Origin: Hormiphora californensis
Taxonomy: Eukaryota; Animalia; Ctenophora
DNA length: 64,000 nt
Direction: 5' to 3'
Assembly (NCBI GenBank): GCA_020137815.1
Contig: CM035351.1
Location: forward strand, 7,874,001-7,938,000
Shown here: in pieces, positions 16,987 to 28,782 of the stretch
Layout of the letters: each line of letters opens with the position of its first letter
How positions within the stretch are numbered: position 1 is the stretch's first letter
Notes under the pieces: generated by a model
The model's input: only the letters and a program-made list of their open reading frames with translations
Database searches by the model: none
What the model was told of the DNA's origin: nothing
Program-made: the position numbers and the translations under genes

Positions 16987-18487
16987 TCAATAAAAGTAAT
17001 AAATAATAAGAAGTGAGATAAAAATCATTACAAAAGATAATTTATTTAGTTGGGTAGCATGTGAAGCTGTGGCGGCAGTTCCTAATTTACACTCAGGCTC
17101 GCTGGGGTACCACTGCTGGTTCGACAAACATGTCACAAACTCCACGCCCTGGTGGAAAGATTTGAGTAGCTTGATATGCTGTGTCCGTGGTGTGTGTCAG
17201 TATGATTCAAGTCTTGAATTCCAAGGAAGGATGTAACATTACACCTTGGTTGGATAAATCTTTGGATACAAAACATAAATTTACTTAGCATTGCAATACC
17301 TTCGAATATCCACTCACATACAAACAAAAATCGGTTGGAGCACCGGGATGCAATGATACACAAGGTCTTGGGACCAAAACTTACGGGATTGTAATAGCCG
17401 GTGGAGCATGATACGGTGGCAATTGCCCCAACCTGGTAGGGTGCAGCCACCTCCGTCTCACTCAGGTCAGGAGTTGTGTCTATCGCACCATTCAGGAAGT
17501 TACTCTTTATGTCCTTACAACCCGCTGTAGAAAAACTTCTGTGACTCGATATTTTTCAAAAATGAGGAGGGGGAGTAGGTAACAACTTACAAGTACATTC
17601 GACGAGAGTGTTTATTGCAGGGTCGTATCCGCCCTCCAGGCACTGGGTATCCAGGGAGCCGGACTGGAGTGTAGCGGGAGCATACCCCTCCCTGCACCCC
17701 ACTTCAATGAAGTTATCTGAGCGGGTTATGGGGGCACCAGTCTTGTGATAGAGATATGGAACTTGCCTTGTAGGTTACCGCATGAAACTTCTCCATGTCC
17801 TCTGGAATTGGGCTACACCCAGGCTGATGGAAATACATGGTGATTTGATATCTGTGTGTAACATACACTTTCAATACCATGATAAGCATTGATTGGAAAC
17901 CGATTACCTAATTACATAATTAATTAATGTACCTGCACACCAAGTACTGATTCCAGTAAAGATATCAGGGGTTATAGTGAGGATTCCAGACTACCTTTTC
18001 ACATTTAACTTCAATCTGCCCCTTCTGGCTCCCATCGGTTGTTATTTCATCTATAATGTCTGTATCCCTGGGATAATGTGTATGAAGTGCAGTTGAAATC
18101 CATCAATCCCATGTGTTTATTCATTCCAAATATTTTACACGTGTGTCTCAAATAGGTTTACTTACACTCCGGAGGTACTCCTGATCTGGTTGACAAACAC
18201 GTGCTTAGAGTTTTTACAAGTCACCGTATACGTTTTATCCTTGGTTAAATAAACAGGGATTATTTTGTCATCATCTTCTTTCTCTGGAACCAACTGGAGA
18301 TCTTTCCTACTTTCAATTAGCTTCTCGCTGAGGCATTTCTCGTCTAGATTTGTCGATTCCTCTTCATCATCGCCTGTGTATGAGCTCAGGTAACATGGAG
18401 TGAACTACCAAAAACAGCCAATTCCGCAATTCCAACATTACCTCTTATAATTGAAAGTGAACTGATAAGTAGCAACAACAACAGCAT
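16987..18487 (-). pseudogene. Triple CCP/sushi-like paralogue 2; three +1 frameshifts in this sequence (pseudogene or consensus error)
   Basis: Colinear with paralogue 1 (MLLLLLLISSLSIIR, YTVTCK..HVFVN, DGSQKGQIEVKC, PDIFTGISTWC, GCSPIP, VGCREGY, PYQVGAIATVSCSTGY, VTCLSNQQWYPSEPEC, hydrophobic tail). The frame breaks near 17992, 17823 and 17767. Confidence 0.7.
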
Positions 18488-18751
18488 AACAAGGGAGGTG
18501 GCCGGTTATTAGACACACACAAGAAGACTATATATCTTGAGAGAGAGAGGTACCTGGTTTCCTGGTTCTGTCCTTGTTACATACACTCACACACACTCTG
18601 TTTTCTCTCTAATAGATAGTGCTTCAATTGCTGCCCCGACCTAGACAAGCAAATACAACTTTGGAGGTTGCCACTTCCAGTCTCACAGTTTCCATGTTTT
18701 GGTTTTACTATGTTACTATTTTCTACGGTGATCTGAGTTTATACCCCCCTT

Positions 18752-20851
18752 ATGAAGGATATGATATTGTTCCTGCTTTGTCAGTTCTTGTCTGGTGGTG
18801 TCTCCACTACGGTAAAAGAGAGACCTGTCTATAACAACTGTGTGGTACCTGGCGGCTGGAAGGATGAACTGGTCGTAGCGCCAACTCCCAGAAACAACAT
18901 TATCCGTAACTCAGAAACCGCCGTGGTAAGCTTACTGAATATACTTGACTTGGGTTTGATAAAGTGGTTTATCAAGAGCAATTTTATACTCCGGCCCCAG
19001 AGAGTTCCGTTTTATAAAAACTGTAATTTCCGGAGCACCTCTTGAGAGACAAAAAGTTGTTGGAGGGTCGCTTGTTGATCTGTTGTTAAACTATTTAACC
19101 AAGTTAAGAGAGGAGCCATACAACATATATATCCGCGATATTCATTTAGTAACCATGGGTAACCATATTTCTCCTTGACAACTCTCTCGGATCAAATTAA
19201 ATCAAATCAACACGATAACAGTCGCATTTATAATATCAAAAAGATCTCCCATGAAAATTAGTATCGCACATTAGTGGGGAGACAGTTTACTGGCTCAGAA
19301 GGCGATGAATGGAAGTAATGAGAAGTTCTAGCTCTGAGATATTCTATTATAGTATGAGACTTATAAAAGCGAGTAGTAGTTATGAACATTGAACCAACTT
19401 GTCACGTCAAATCTATATCTACGTCAATGAAGAAATCTATACTACGTCAATGGAGAGCTTAAAGAGTAAAAACCTGTCGGGAATTGCGCTGACAGTTTTT
19501 AACTGCGAGGGGGGGGGGGTCGGCCGATATATTAACTGAAATAAAGCATCAGGTATATTAAGAAGATTGTACGACAGTAATTCTTCTGTCCCATGCAGGT
19601 GATGTGCAAGAATGCTGGTTTTACATTTATCAACTCTGTGTATGAGATCCAGGGGGTCTACGCCAAGTCGATATTCCAGGACTCTGCAGTGACAGTGACT
19701 TGTAAATACGGGGCCCTCTCACCCAACTTCTTTGAGGGACGAACGAGCTGGTGTGGACGTGAGTATTGATAAAGTTAGATCATGCTAGCAATGCAATGAG
19801 ACGAGAGACAAAGTTAAGCCTTGTTCGAATGTTCGACCCTCTCTCATCCCACGACGGCAGTCCAGAGATAAACGCGAAATAACTAATAAGTGGTGAGGGT
19901 ATCATAGAGCCGAAATTCACAACTGTATTTCCCTTATGTACAGAGGGATGCCCCAAGGCTCCGACGGATGCGTATACGGCTCGGTACGGGAACACGACTG
20001 ATGACCTGGATGCTACTGATCTCTACCAAACAGAAGGGAACCTGGCACCAGTGTACCCTCAACCCATGTACCTTATAAAGTTCTCGTGCAACACCGGGTA
20101 CAACCAGATCTATAATGATAAAGGGTCCGCTTATGTCCGGTGCAACGAGGGTGGCTATGACAGGATTCCTATATTTTGTACATGTAGGTCGAGCTATAAT
20201 ATGAGTCATAAAGTTTCCTTTTATGTTCACAATGAGTCTTTAAGTTTAATATAATGTTCAAAATGAGTCTTAAAGTTTAATATAATGTTCACAATTCAAT
20301 CATTCTACATACGTTAGGCAAACAAGAAACAACCCACTGAGATCTGAACAACTTTATATAATTTCAGCTGGATGTGGGGATCCCGAGCTGACACCTACAA
20401 CAGGGAAAGCCCACACTTTTACCCCGGTACCTGATACAAGTACCATGACCTCCGTGGATCCACCCTACAGAATAGGTAATCATTCATTTAGGTGCTGTAC
20501 TTTTGAAACCACTGTGTATCCGTTTAGACCTAACGGATGAGAGGGTCGAAAAAGGTATCATGTAGATTGTAACATTTCACCCCTACTGCTGCAGGCTCGG
20601 TGGTAACGGTTAACTGTGAAGGTAAATCTGGGGATAATGAGGAGGCAGTCGTTACCTGCACCTCCGCTTATGGGTGGACGGGTAGCCTAGATTGGTCGGA
20701 CCTGGAATGTAGATATAAAGAGCCCACGAACAGTAGTGAAGCAAAGACAATATCCCTGTCAGATTTAAAGAAAAAGAACTCGGCTGCAAACTGTTGGAGC
20801 ATTGTACCATTCGTGATACTGATATCCTTTTTATTATTTGTTGTCCGATAA
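18752..20851 (+). CDS. Triple CCP/sushi-like GPI-anchor-type protein, paralogue 3 (exons approx. 18752-18925, 19599-19758, 19944-20244, 20368-20475, 20595-20851)
   Basis: Signal peptide, KERPVYNNC, VMCKNAGFTFIN, VTCKYGALSPNFF...WCG|QGC, FSCNTGY...VRC...FCT|SGC, PPYRIGSVVTVNC...VTCTSAYGW...C, hydrophobic C-terminus. Confidence 0.8.
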
Positions 20852-20906
20852 CTCAGATCTGTTGATGCCGCCCCAAAATAACACAACACCCTTCCCGTGT
20901 AGCACA

Positions 20907-23185
20907 ATGTGGTTACTAGGATTCCTTCTGTTGCCATTGGCAACGGATGCACTCAAGGAACGCCCGACATACAGTAGCTGTACAATACCTGATGGATACG
21001 AGAAACAACTAAACATCATTCCACCCCTGAGGGACAGGGAGACGCAACATGGACAGACAATAACAGTGCTTTGCAGAACTTCTGGACACACTTTCATGAA
21101 CCACATGTACTCGGTAGGTGGGAATGACGAATTCTTTTTGTGTTTGTTTGTTTGTTGCTTTGTTTGTTTGTTTATTTGTTGCTTTCTTTGTTTGTTTGTT
21201 TGTTTTACTGACTTGCACTCTTTTCAGACTAATGGGGTATCACCAACAGATATTTTCTTCTACTCCTACATTCTGATAACATGTCGGGATGGCTCGCTCC
21301 AGCCTAATATATTCCTTCAGACTAACTGGTGTGACAGTAAGTATGTGGCTGATTTTACAAATCACACAATGCCGCGAAACAGGCCCTTTGTTCAGTTTGT
21401 TGCACGGCTCAAAACCAGATTTTGGACAAAATTCGGTTACTTCTACATGCCAACTACTATAAAGAGATTATCCCAGTAGTTTAACTCAACATTGATTGAA
21501 TTGTTGAGTAAGGGCCGTCTTTCACCCCTTAACCAACAAGGATTGAAGGTATATAACAGTTAACTCCTAAACCACCGAGGGAAAACTTCATAGTTAAATG
21601 ATGCGATTCCTAGTAACTGATCTCTGCGATTGAGTGATCCGGTATCTATAATTCCGGTAAAAGTTGTATCCAATCGTATGTGTCGTGACGGCGTGGGGTA
21701 AAACTGCACAACAACCCTTTTCCTGCTTCCTGATAGAATCGAAATTAGCTGTTAAGCAATTAAACTTTCCCACAATGATGTAAGGCAAAGTAAGATCTCG
21801 ATATATAACTGTTTAGCTCAAGTTATTCCTTCCTCCATGGGCGAAAGTCACGTTAAATTTGGAATTTTGTAATCAATTTATGTAGCTGAATCTCCTTCCG
21901 AAACCCCCAATATCAATAAAATTTCAGAGGGTTGCTCACAGTTCCCGTCCTCGTATTATGCTGCTACATATGGATACACAACACTGGCACGGAGAAAGAA
22001 CCCACTTCGGAATTACGGTAACTAAAAGTTCTTTAATTCTTCCTAAGAACAGATATATGCTATTTTCTCGGAACCAAGGATTATTAAATACCTGCTCGCC
22101 AGACGTTTTAACTATAATGGGATGATCTTGAAGAGTAATAATATATATCTACAAAGGTGGTTAAATGATATTATTGATATAAAGCTGCAGCAGCAGGCTC
22201 CCTCATGAGTCGCAAGGCAGAATTGAACTGCTCTCATCGTGCGTTTTGTCTCGTGAGACAGAAGAAGAGAATTATATCAAAGATATTAAATAGAGTTCCT
22301 GGAAAGCAATTCCATTATACAAGAAATGTGTCTGATATTACTGCAGGTGTGCTACAAGCCCCAGTATCAGCGGACCCTCTCTATGTTGTGACGGCTTCAT
22401 GTCAGCCGGGCTACACCCAGATAGTAGGGGATAATGGAGCTGCCTCCGTTAGATGTACAGAAACGGGATACAACAAGAAACCAATCACTTGCGCTCGTAA
22501 GTATAAACTGGAGCAGCTTCTTGATTTTATAGTAAACCCGAATTCTACAGCTATATAATATAATAGAGGGCTTCATGTTTTCCATAAACTGACATCTCAC
22601 CATTCACAGCGGGGTGTGATGGGTCTATTTACTGGTCTATTTACACAACAATATATGTTTCAGCGGGGTGTGATGCACCTTACAACCTGAACTACGATAC
22701 ACTGGACACGACCCTGTTATTCTCTACTGTCACACCCAACACAGCAGGCTCCGGAGTTGCTGAGTATGCTACCGGAACGGTGGTCAGTGAAATTACAATC
22801 ATGAAACTTGCTCAGACCTATACAGTTTAGGACTGCGAAGACACATAAAAACAACATAATATTACTAATTTGACTAATGTGATAATAACCTCTCTAGATC
22901 ACGGTAGACTGCTACAAGTACGCCACTACAACGGAGAATAGGGACACAATAGTGACCATGACGTGTGTATCGGGGTCGGGATGGAACAATTTAGATGCTC
23001 TGAAAGCCATCGATGGTGGGGCATGTGAGAAGAGCTACACGGGAACGGGACAGCAGTCGAAGGGGCTAAATGGGTCAATGATCATTGATGTACTGACCAA
23101 ACAGAAAAAGGGTGGTTGTAGCTCTATTTCATATTCAACTACTGTTTTTAGTTTATCAATATTTATCATATTCCTTTTTAATTGA
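20907..23185 (+). CDS. Triple CCP/sushi-like GPI-anchor-type protein, paralogue 4 (exons approx. 20907-21113, 21228-21337, 21928-22017, 22347-22496, 22664-22782, 22898-23185)
   Basis: MWLLGFLLLPLATDALKERPTYSSC, VLCRTSGHTFMN, ITCRDGSLQPNIF...WCD, ASCQPGY...SVRCTETGY...TCA, YATGTV|ITVDC...MTCVSGSGW...C, tail TTVFSLSIFIIFLFN*. Confidence 0.8.
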
Positions 23186-23264
23186 ACCTTTTTACAACAA
23201 TGATGTACCTACAATTTCCAAACACTATAACATTTCAAGATAATATCATATTTGTATATATAGC

Positions 23265-24591
23265 ATGCTATGGGCATTCCTACAGTTGATGTTTCTGGGA
23301 ACTGCTACCTCAATAAACTGTGACATAGATCCAATATGGTCGTCATACCTCAACATAGTACCGTTACCCAATGGGAATGCCCTTCAGGAAAACTCAACTT
23401 ACATCATCGCTTGTATCAAGGTTTGTGATGTTAACCGTTTAATGTCGTTCTGGTAGCTACACATTCTCTACCATTAAGTACACTGATCAACAAGCAAACA
23501 ATAAACCTGCAGCTACCAGGGTGGTAGCTAAATCAGTACAACATTTCAGTTCGGGGAGACATTTGTGAACAAGGTCTACGAGACGGAGGGTATAACACAA
23601 ACTGGAGTGTACACAACTGGGGCCATCTCTGTCCAATGCTACGTCAACGGGACTGTGATTCCCGAGTTCTTCGCTGAGACCTATAACTGGTGCAGGAGTA
23701 AGTAGAGCGCCATTGAAGACGTGCTAGATGACTGGGTGACTGCCCCTCTTTGTTTGAACACCCCGATTTTATCTAAACTAAATCCCCATGTCTCAGAAGG
23801 TTGTGTCAGTATCCCTACCACGTCCTACACACTAAAGTACCCTGCTGGATCGTCCCGAACTACAGAGATGCTGAGCCCTGTTGCCCCGGTTGAGGAGGAC
23901 ATCTTGGTGGAGTGTGCAGCCGGCTACGTACAGGTATGATAATGAGGGGTCACAAAGGATCACAAAGGTCCAGGTACTACATCTTCCAGGTATATGCAGC
24001 AAGTGCTGTGTTCTAATGTTGAGATTCTCCCATACAGAACTCCTCTTGAGTTCAGTATCTCCACTGCAAGCGCCACAGTATCTCTCATTCACATTCACTT
24101 TGCTATCATTTTCACCCCTAATTTCCTATCTAGGCGGTTGGCGATACAGGTAGCCAGAAAGTGCAGTGTGAGGGCGGTTCTGGTAACTACAACAACTACC
24201 TAATCAACTGCGTGGAGGGGTGTATGTACCCGATAGAGGGGGAGGGTAGCTCAATCAGCAGTATACCCAGCTATGAGGTGGGACAACCTCCATTCGCCAT
24301 AGGCACCAAACTCAAGGTAAAATTAGCATAGTAATTGTTCTAATATCTATTATCTAACTATTAAATACCATATATAAACCAACTAAACTATTTCTGTAGG
24401 TGGATTGCCGAGGATCTACATCGTCGAAGGAAATTGTTTGCAGGAAGAACCAGGGATGGGAGGGTTTGAGCGACCTGACTTGCAAGAAAAAGACTGTCAG
24501 CATTTTGGGAACAACATCACACGCCACAGACAATTATCATCTCATTTCAGCTCTTCTGTTAGCTCTTGTTACTCTTCATTTCATATTATAA
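23265..24591 (+). CDS. Triple CCP/sushi-like GPI-anchor-type protein, paralogue 5 (exons approx. 23265-23420, 23550-23697, 23797-23933, 24133-24316, 24400-24591)
   Basis: MLWAFLQLMFLGTATSINC, YIIACIK|FGETFVN, VQCYVNGTVIPEFF...WCR|KGC, VECAAGY...VQC...NCVEGC, PPFAIGTKLK|VDC...IVCRKNQGW...C, tail LISALLLALVTLHFIL*. Confidence 0.8.
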
Positions 24592-24677
24592 CGTATACAT
24601 AAGTTGGAGTCTGAATTACTAATTACCACACAAATAATCTTTGGTCTGTGTAATCTTTAGGTGATATGTGATGAACC

Positions 24678-26648
24678 ATGATATCCTTTCTGCTTAGCAT
24701 TCTACTTGGACAGGGCTTCACAGGTACCAAGCAAACTCCTATCTCTAGACTTGGTCCAACTAACTCCTTCAGAAAGAAAGAAAACTAACTCCTTCAGAAA
24801 TCTTATTATAGCTCTCCCCCTGGCTCAACTATCATAGCTCCCTCACAACTCTATTTCAGTTATAGTTATATAGTAACTAATTCTCTCCGAACTACCACTC
24901 TGTTTCAGATGTATCCTATGTTAGGAAGCGAGCTAGTGAGGACTGTTGGGAGGGAGTGAACTGTACCTACTGTGAGGTGCCCACCTACTACATGACTCAA
25001 CTCGTTATAGTACCTAATCCTAGTGGGTACAGAATTAATAATGGCATGTCAGCTACTGTGTACTGCAAAACGGTAGGTTTTTACCATTTCTCCATGATGC
25101 ACATAATTACACTCATCATTCCAAAAGGAATGTATCGTGCGACCCTGTATAACACTGTATTCTGTACTAGAGGTTATAAAGATCTTGCTAAGTTCTTCCG
25201 AACCTCCAAATTTCAAGTCTCTATCTTATCAGGAACCGGAGATATGACAAATTTGTTATTTCAGGGGGGTGACAGTTTCAAAAAATCCGACTTTACAGCA
25301 AGCCACCAATTGCAAACAATCAGATAATTATACTAAGATTTATCCTGTTCCTTATTACAACTCCCTCTCTCCTCCACAGATAGGAAAGAGTTTCATTAAC
25401 TCGGTTCTGGCAGTGTCTAATGTGAACAAGGAGGATGTATTCTTCAACGATGGTATCACAATAAGCTGTGATAAAGGCACCATCTCACCCTCTGTATTTG
25501 AGGACGATCAATGGTGTGCATGTGAGTTTAATAATATGAGTTTGAAAATTTCTGTCAGGCCAATGCTCAGATAGGCCACAACATCAAAGTGTGGACACTT
25601 ATTGTGGACACTTGTTAGTTGTTGTGGACATACGTCCCGTCGTCCCACACCCGGTGTCCCAGTAAATTTGGGACACCGGGGTCCCGCATGGTAATGTCAA
25701 CAAGCCTAGCAAGTGTAAATCCAGTTAAACACTGTATCCAACCAAACTGATGCAATACATGCTATACAAACAAATGAACTGCTGCGTGTAATACTTGATA
25801 GTGTGAATGACTTGTTATACCTTTCATGGAGGCCACAATAAATATTCTGAACAATGAATGAACAACAAACAATGAATTTCTTTACAGATGGGTGTGCAGA
25901 GATTCCTACTGACCAGTACCAGGTCACATACCCAGAGTTATCATACCAAACCGACCTGGCAGTCACACCAGTCTACACTGACTCAACAAAGGTAACGTCA
26001 TGTCGGTACATGAAGTCTCACAAGATCAAGCCTCATTCTAATGGCCGAAGGTGGCCGGTTCGACCACCCTTTTTACTGGAAATGTATTAGGATTTGCGAC
26101 GTCATTAACAACCAACAGAACACCCTCATATTATTTCAGTCGATAAAAGTTGACTGTAAAGCCGGTTATAGTGACGCTGTAGGGGATGCTGGGGAGAAGA
26201 GTGTGCGATGTACCACTAGCGGGTACACAGGGTACATTAGATCCTGTGTGGAAGGGTGTGATTACCCGCTAACTGATGGAGCTCACACACTGTCCGTACA
26301 ACCCAATTACGAGACAGGGTATGCGTATTACCCGGCTAGCGATAACACGGCAATCACTGTAAAGTGCGCTGGAGGTAGGAAAGCTTTATGTTAAAGTGCA
26401 CTGAAGGGAGGCAAACCCAAAACTCGAGAATTGGAAACTGAAGTGATTATTCAAATATGTTACTTTTGTGCTAACCCGCCATTAAATTTTCAGATGACTA
26501 CTCGATTCCGATTTACTGTGTGAAAAACCTGGGCTGGGTCAATACAAACCTACTTTCCTGTGCCAAGACAACTTCTGGTGGAGTGACACCAAATATGAAC
26601 AATTCTCTTTTTGTGCTTTTTATTTCCCTGATTTTATTGGCTACGTAA
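24678..26648 (+). CDS. Triple CCP/sushi-like GPI-anchor-type protein, paralogue 6 (exons approx. 24678-24723, 24909-25072, 25379-25521, 25889-25991, 26140-26374, 26494-26648)
   Basis: MISFLLSILLGQGFT, VYCKT|IGKSFIN, ISCDKGTISPSVF...WCA|YGC, VDCKAGY...SVRCTTSGY...SCVEGC, ITVKC...IYCVKNLGW...C, tail LFVLFISLILLAT*. AATAAA near 26666. Confidence 0.8.
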
Positions 26649-26744
26649 CTCACGTGTTTTAGTAAAATAAAATCTTTAAATTAAAATTCAAGCAACACAC
26701 GTTAACCCCCAATTAAAAAACTCAAATAATCATTTCCATTCAAT

Positions 26745-28782
26745 TTACCGCTCAATTTCAACATTATGCTTGAGATCAGAAAACAGAACAATCAGAAAGA
26801 GAGCTGTGCTCACTATGAGCAAGAGAGCTAAAGCAGCCGTTACACTGTAATCGAGAAGGGCTACAACAATAAACAGGGCAACAGAGGCAAACATCTTGCC
26901 TCCCCCGTCAATGAGTCCGAAACCCGAGTTCCTTGCCAGGGTCGGGTACAACTGGGGCAGGATCATGTACATAATAACAGACATGGAGGAGAGATTGAAG
27001 ACAAAGAACCCGAGGAAAAAGTACATGGCAAGAACGGGCATGCAGACGAAAAGAAGAATGTTACAGATGGTGGCCAGTAAAGCATACCCTTTGGCAGAGT
27101 CCAGTTGTCCCACTAGTCGGGAGGAGAGGAACGCAGAGGCGGTACCCAGATACAAGACCAGGGATAACAATATCCCGTTAGTAAAGTCCTTGTTGGATAG
27201 GGTCACACATTGCAGAGATGACTCATCAACTGAGCGTCCTGGTTCCTGTGGATCGCCCATCATCTCTAGACCCTCCATCCCACAGTAATCAGTCACCAGC
27301 ATCTTTGTGTAGATGAATATAATGGCCTTGAAAACTGTCTGTAGACAAGAGTTTAGGAACAAAACTTTGAAGGTGTCTGCCCGGAGTTCTGAGCTGCATA
27401 TCAGGATGAAAGAATGATATATCCTCTCAGGTTCTAACAAGTCTGATTCTGATTGGTCGTTCTCTTCGGTGGTAATGATGATTTTCTCAAAAAACTCGGC
27501 AGATTTTCTCGTCTTATATCTGTAAAAAAAGGTTCAAAGGGATTAGAATACTACTTATTACCGTAAAATTTCTATATATACGAATTTATCCTATGAAGGA
27601 GCAGGATAATTACCGCAAAGCTTCAACGACAGCCTGGTGTTGGTTTTTAACACTCAGGTACTTGGGAGACTCTGGTAGGATGAATAGTAGGACTGCAGGA
27701 ACCAGAGCCGGCACTGCTATCACTATTGAGAAGAGTCTCCAGCCGTATGCGTTTAGGAATCCTAGTCCGATAATGTTGGCCAGTGTCATGCCAGCACACC
27801 AGAAGACTGTTATCAGGGAAACTCCTGCTGACCTAGTGAGATATTGTTTAGTGGTGAACTTAAAGCAGTATTCGCCGGGATGCAAGATCATTACTACTGC
27901 TATTAGTAGATAGAGTGTGTTGTACCTAAAGTGTGTGCTGGACACCTCTGCCCAGAAGGTGTAGGCGATGGATAAGGAGCCCCCGTAGTTGAGACCACAC
28001 ATCATAGCAGCAGGTAGGAATATCCAATAGGAGGGAGATACCGCACAAACAAGGGTGAAGATGAACACCATGCCGTTAGTTAACACTGCCGTCTTTCTCC
28101 TGCCGTATCTGTAGAATGTTTGATTATGAAAGTTAAGTTAGTTTTTAGTTTCATTTTCCTCTTTCGCTTATGATGGGGATCCCGATACAGCAAAGTCGTG
28201 GTTATGAAGTAACAGCTATTTCAAGTATGATTGAAATTAAGAATGAATTCATTGTATAACATACTTGTCAGACAGGGGTCCGAATAGTATAGATCCCAGC
28301 CCGGAAGCAGTGAAGGTCAGTGATGTAACAAATGCCACCTGTGTTGCATTAAGATTCCACTCGCACCTGTGACACATGTGTGGGTCAAATGTAGTAAATT
28401 ACAGCTCAGTGTCAAGTACAATTAGTGAACTCGAGAGAGAGAGATGACTGGTTATAACACCTGTCCCATGTACTTACGTGAGGAATGGTACGATGATCGC
28501 AATATAGGCCAGCTGCAGGGACTCTGCCATGGATACGAATCCCAGGGAAACAAGATACATCCCGTCATACCGATTAAAGGGGGACTGATCTAGAATCTCC
28601 TGGACAGACAACCTCTCAGGGGAGTCCAGGGCTAGGGAGTGAAGTTCCCCGGTAATGTGGATTGGAGCTGATGATGATGTCTTGGAGACGAGAGGATCCA
28701 GCTCCGAAACCTCCGTGTCCGACATTTTAGGAAGAACAGCTGATCGCCTCGATGGTGCTGAATCAGACCCACTTTCTGTCAT
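26745..28782 (-). CDS. MFS transporter of the SV2/SVOP (sugar porter-like) group (exons approx. 28782-28478, 28366-28265, 28108-27613, 27519-26745)
   Basis: TM1 SLGFVSMAESLQL; motif A FGPLSDK|YGRRK; GWRLFSI...LPESPKYL; PQLYPTLARNSGFGL; many hydrophobic helices. Confidence 0.88.

Noticed and set aside
17742-17766. 25-nt GC-AG micro-intron (and a 4-nt GTAG 'intron' near 17991) to rescue the paralogue 2 frame
   Set aside because: Far shorter than other introns here. A single-base deletion gives exact length agreement with paralogue 1, so indels are more parsimonious.
20475-24677. Sushi paralogues 3-6 as one long multi-domain gene
   Set aside because: Each unit has its own signal peptide, hydrophobic tail and stop codon, and cis-splicing to the intergenic acceptors is out of frame.
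26896-27913. Plus-strand ORFs over the MFS gene (similarly 31446-31962 over the GPCR and 61360-61654 over the Kv gene)
   Set aside because: Antisense shadows of well-supported coding exons.
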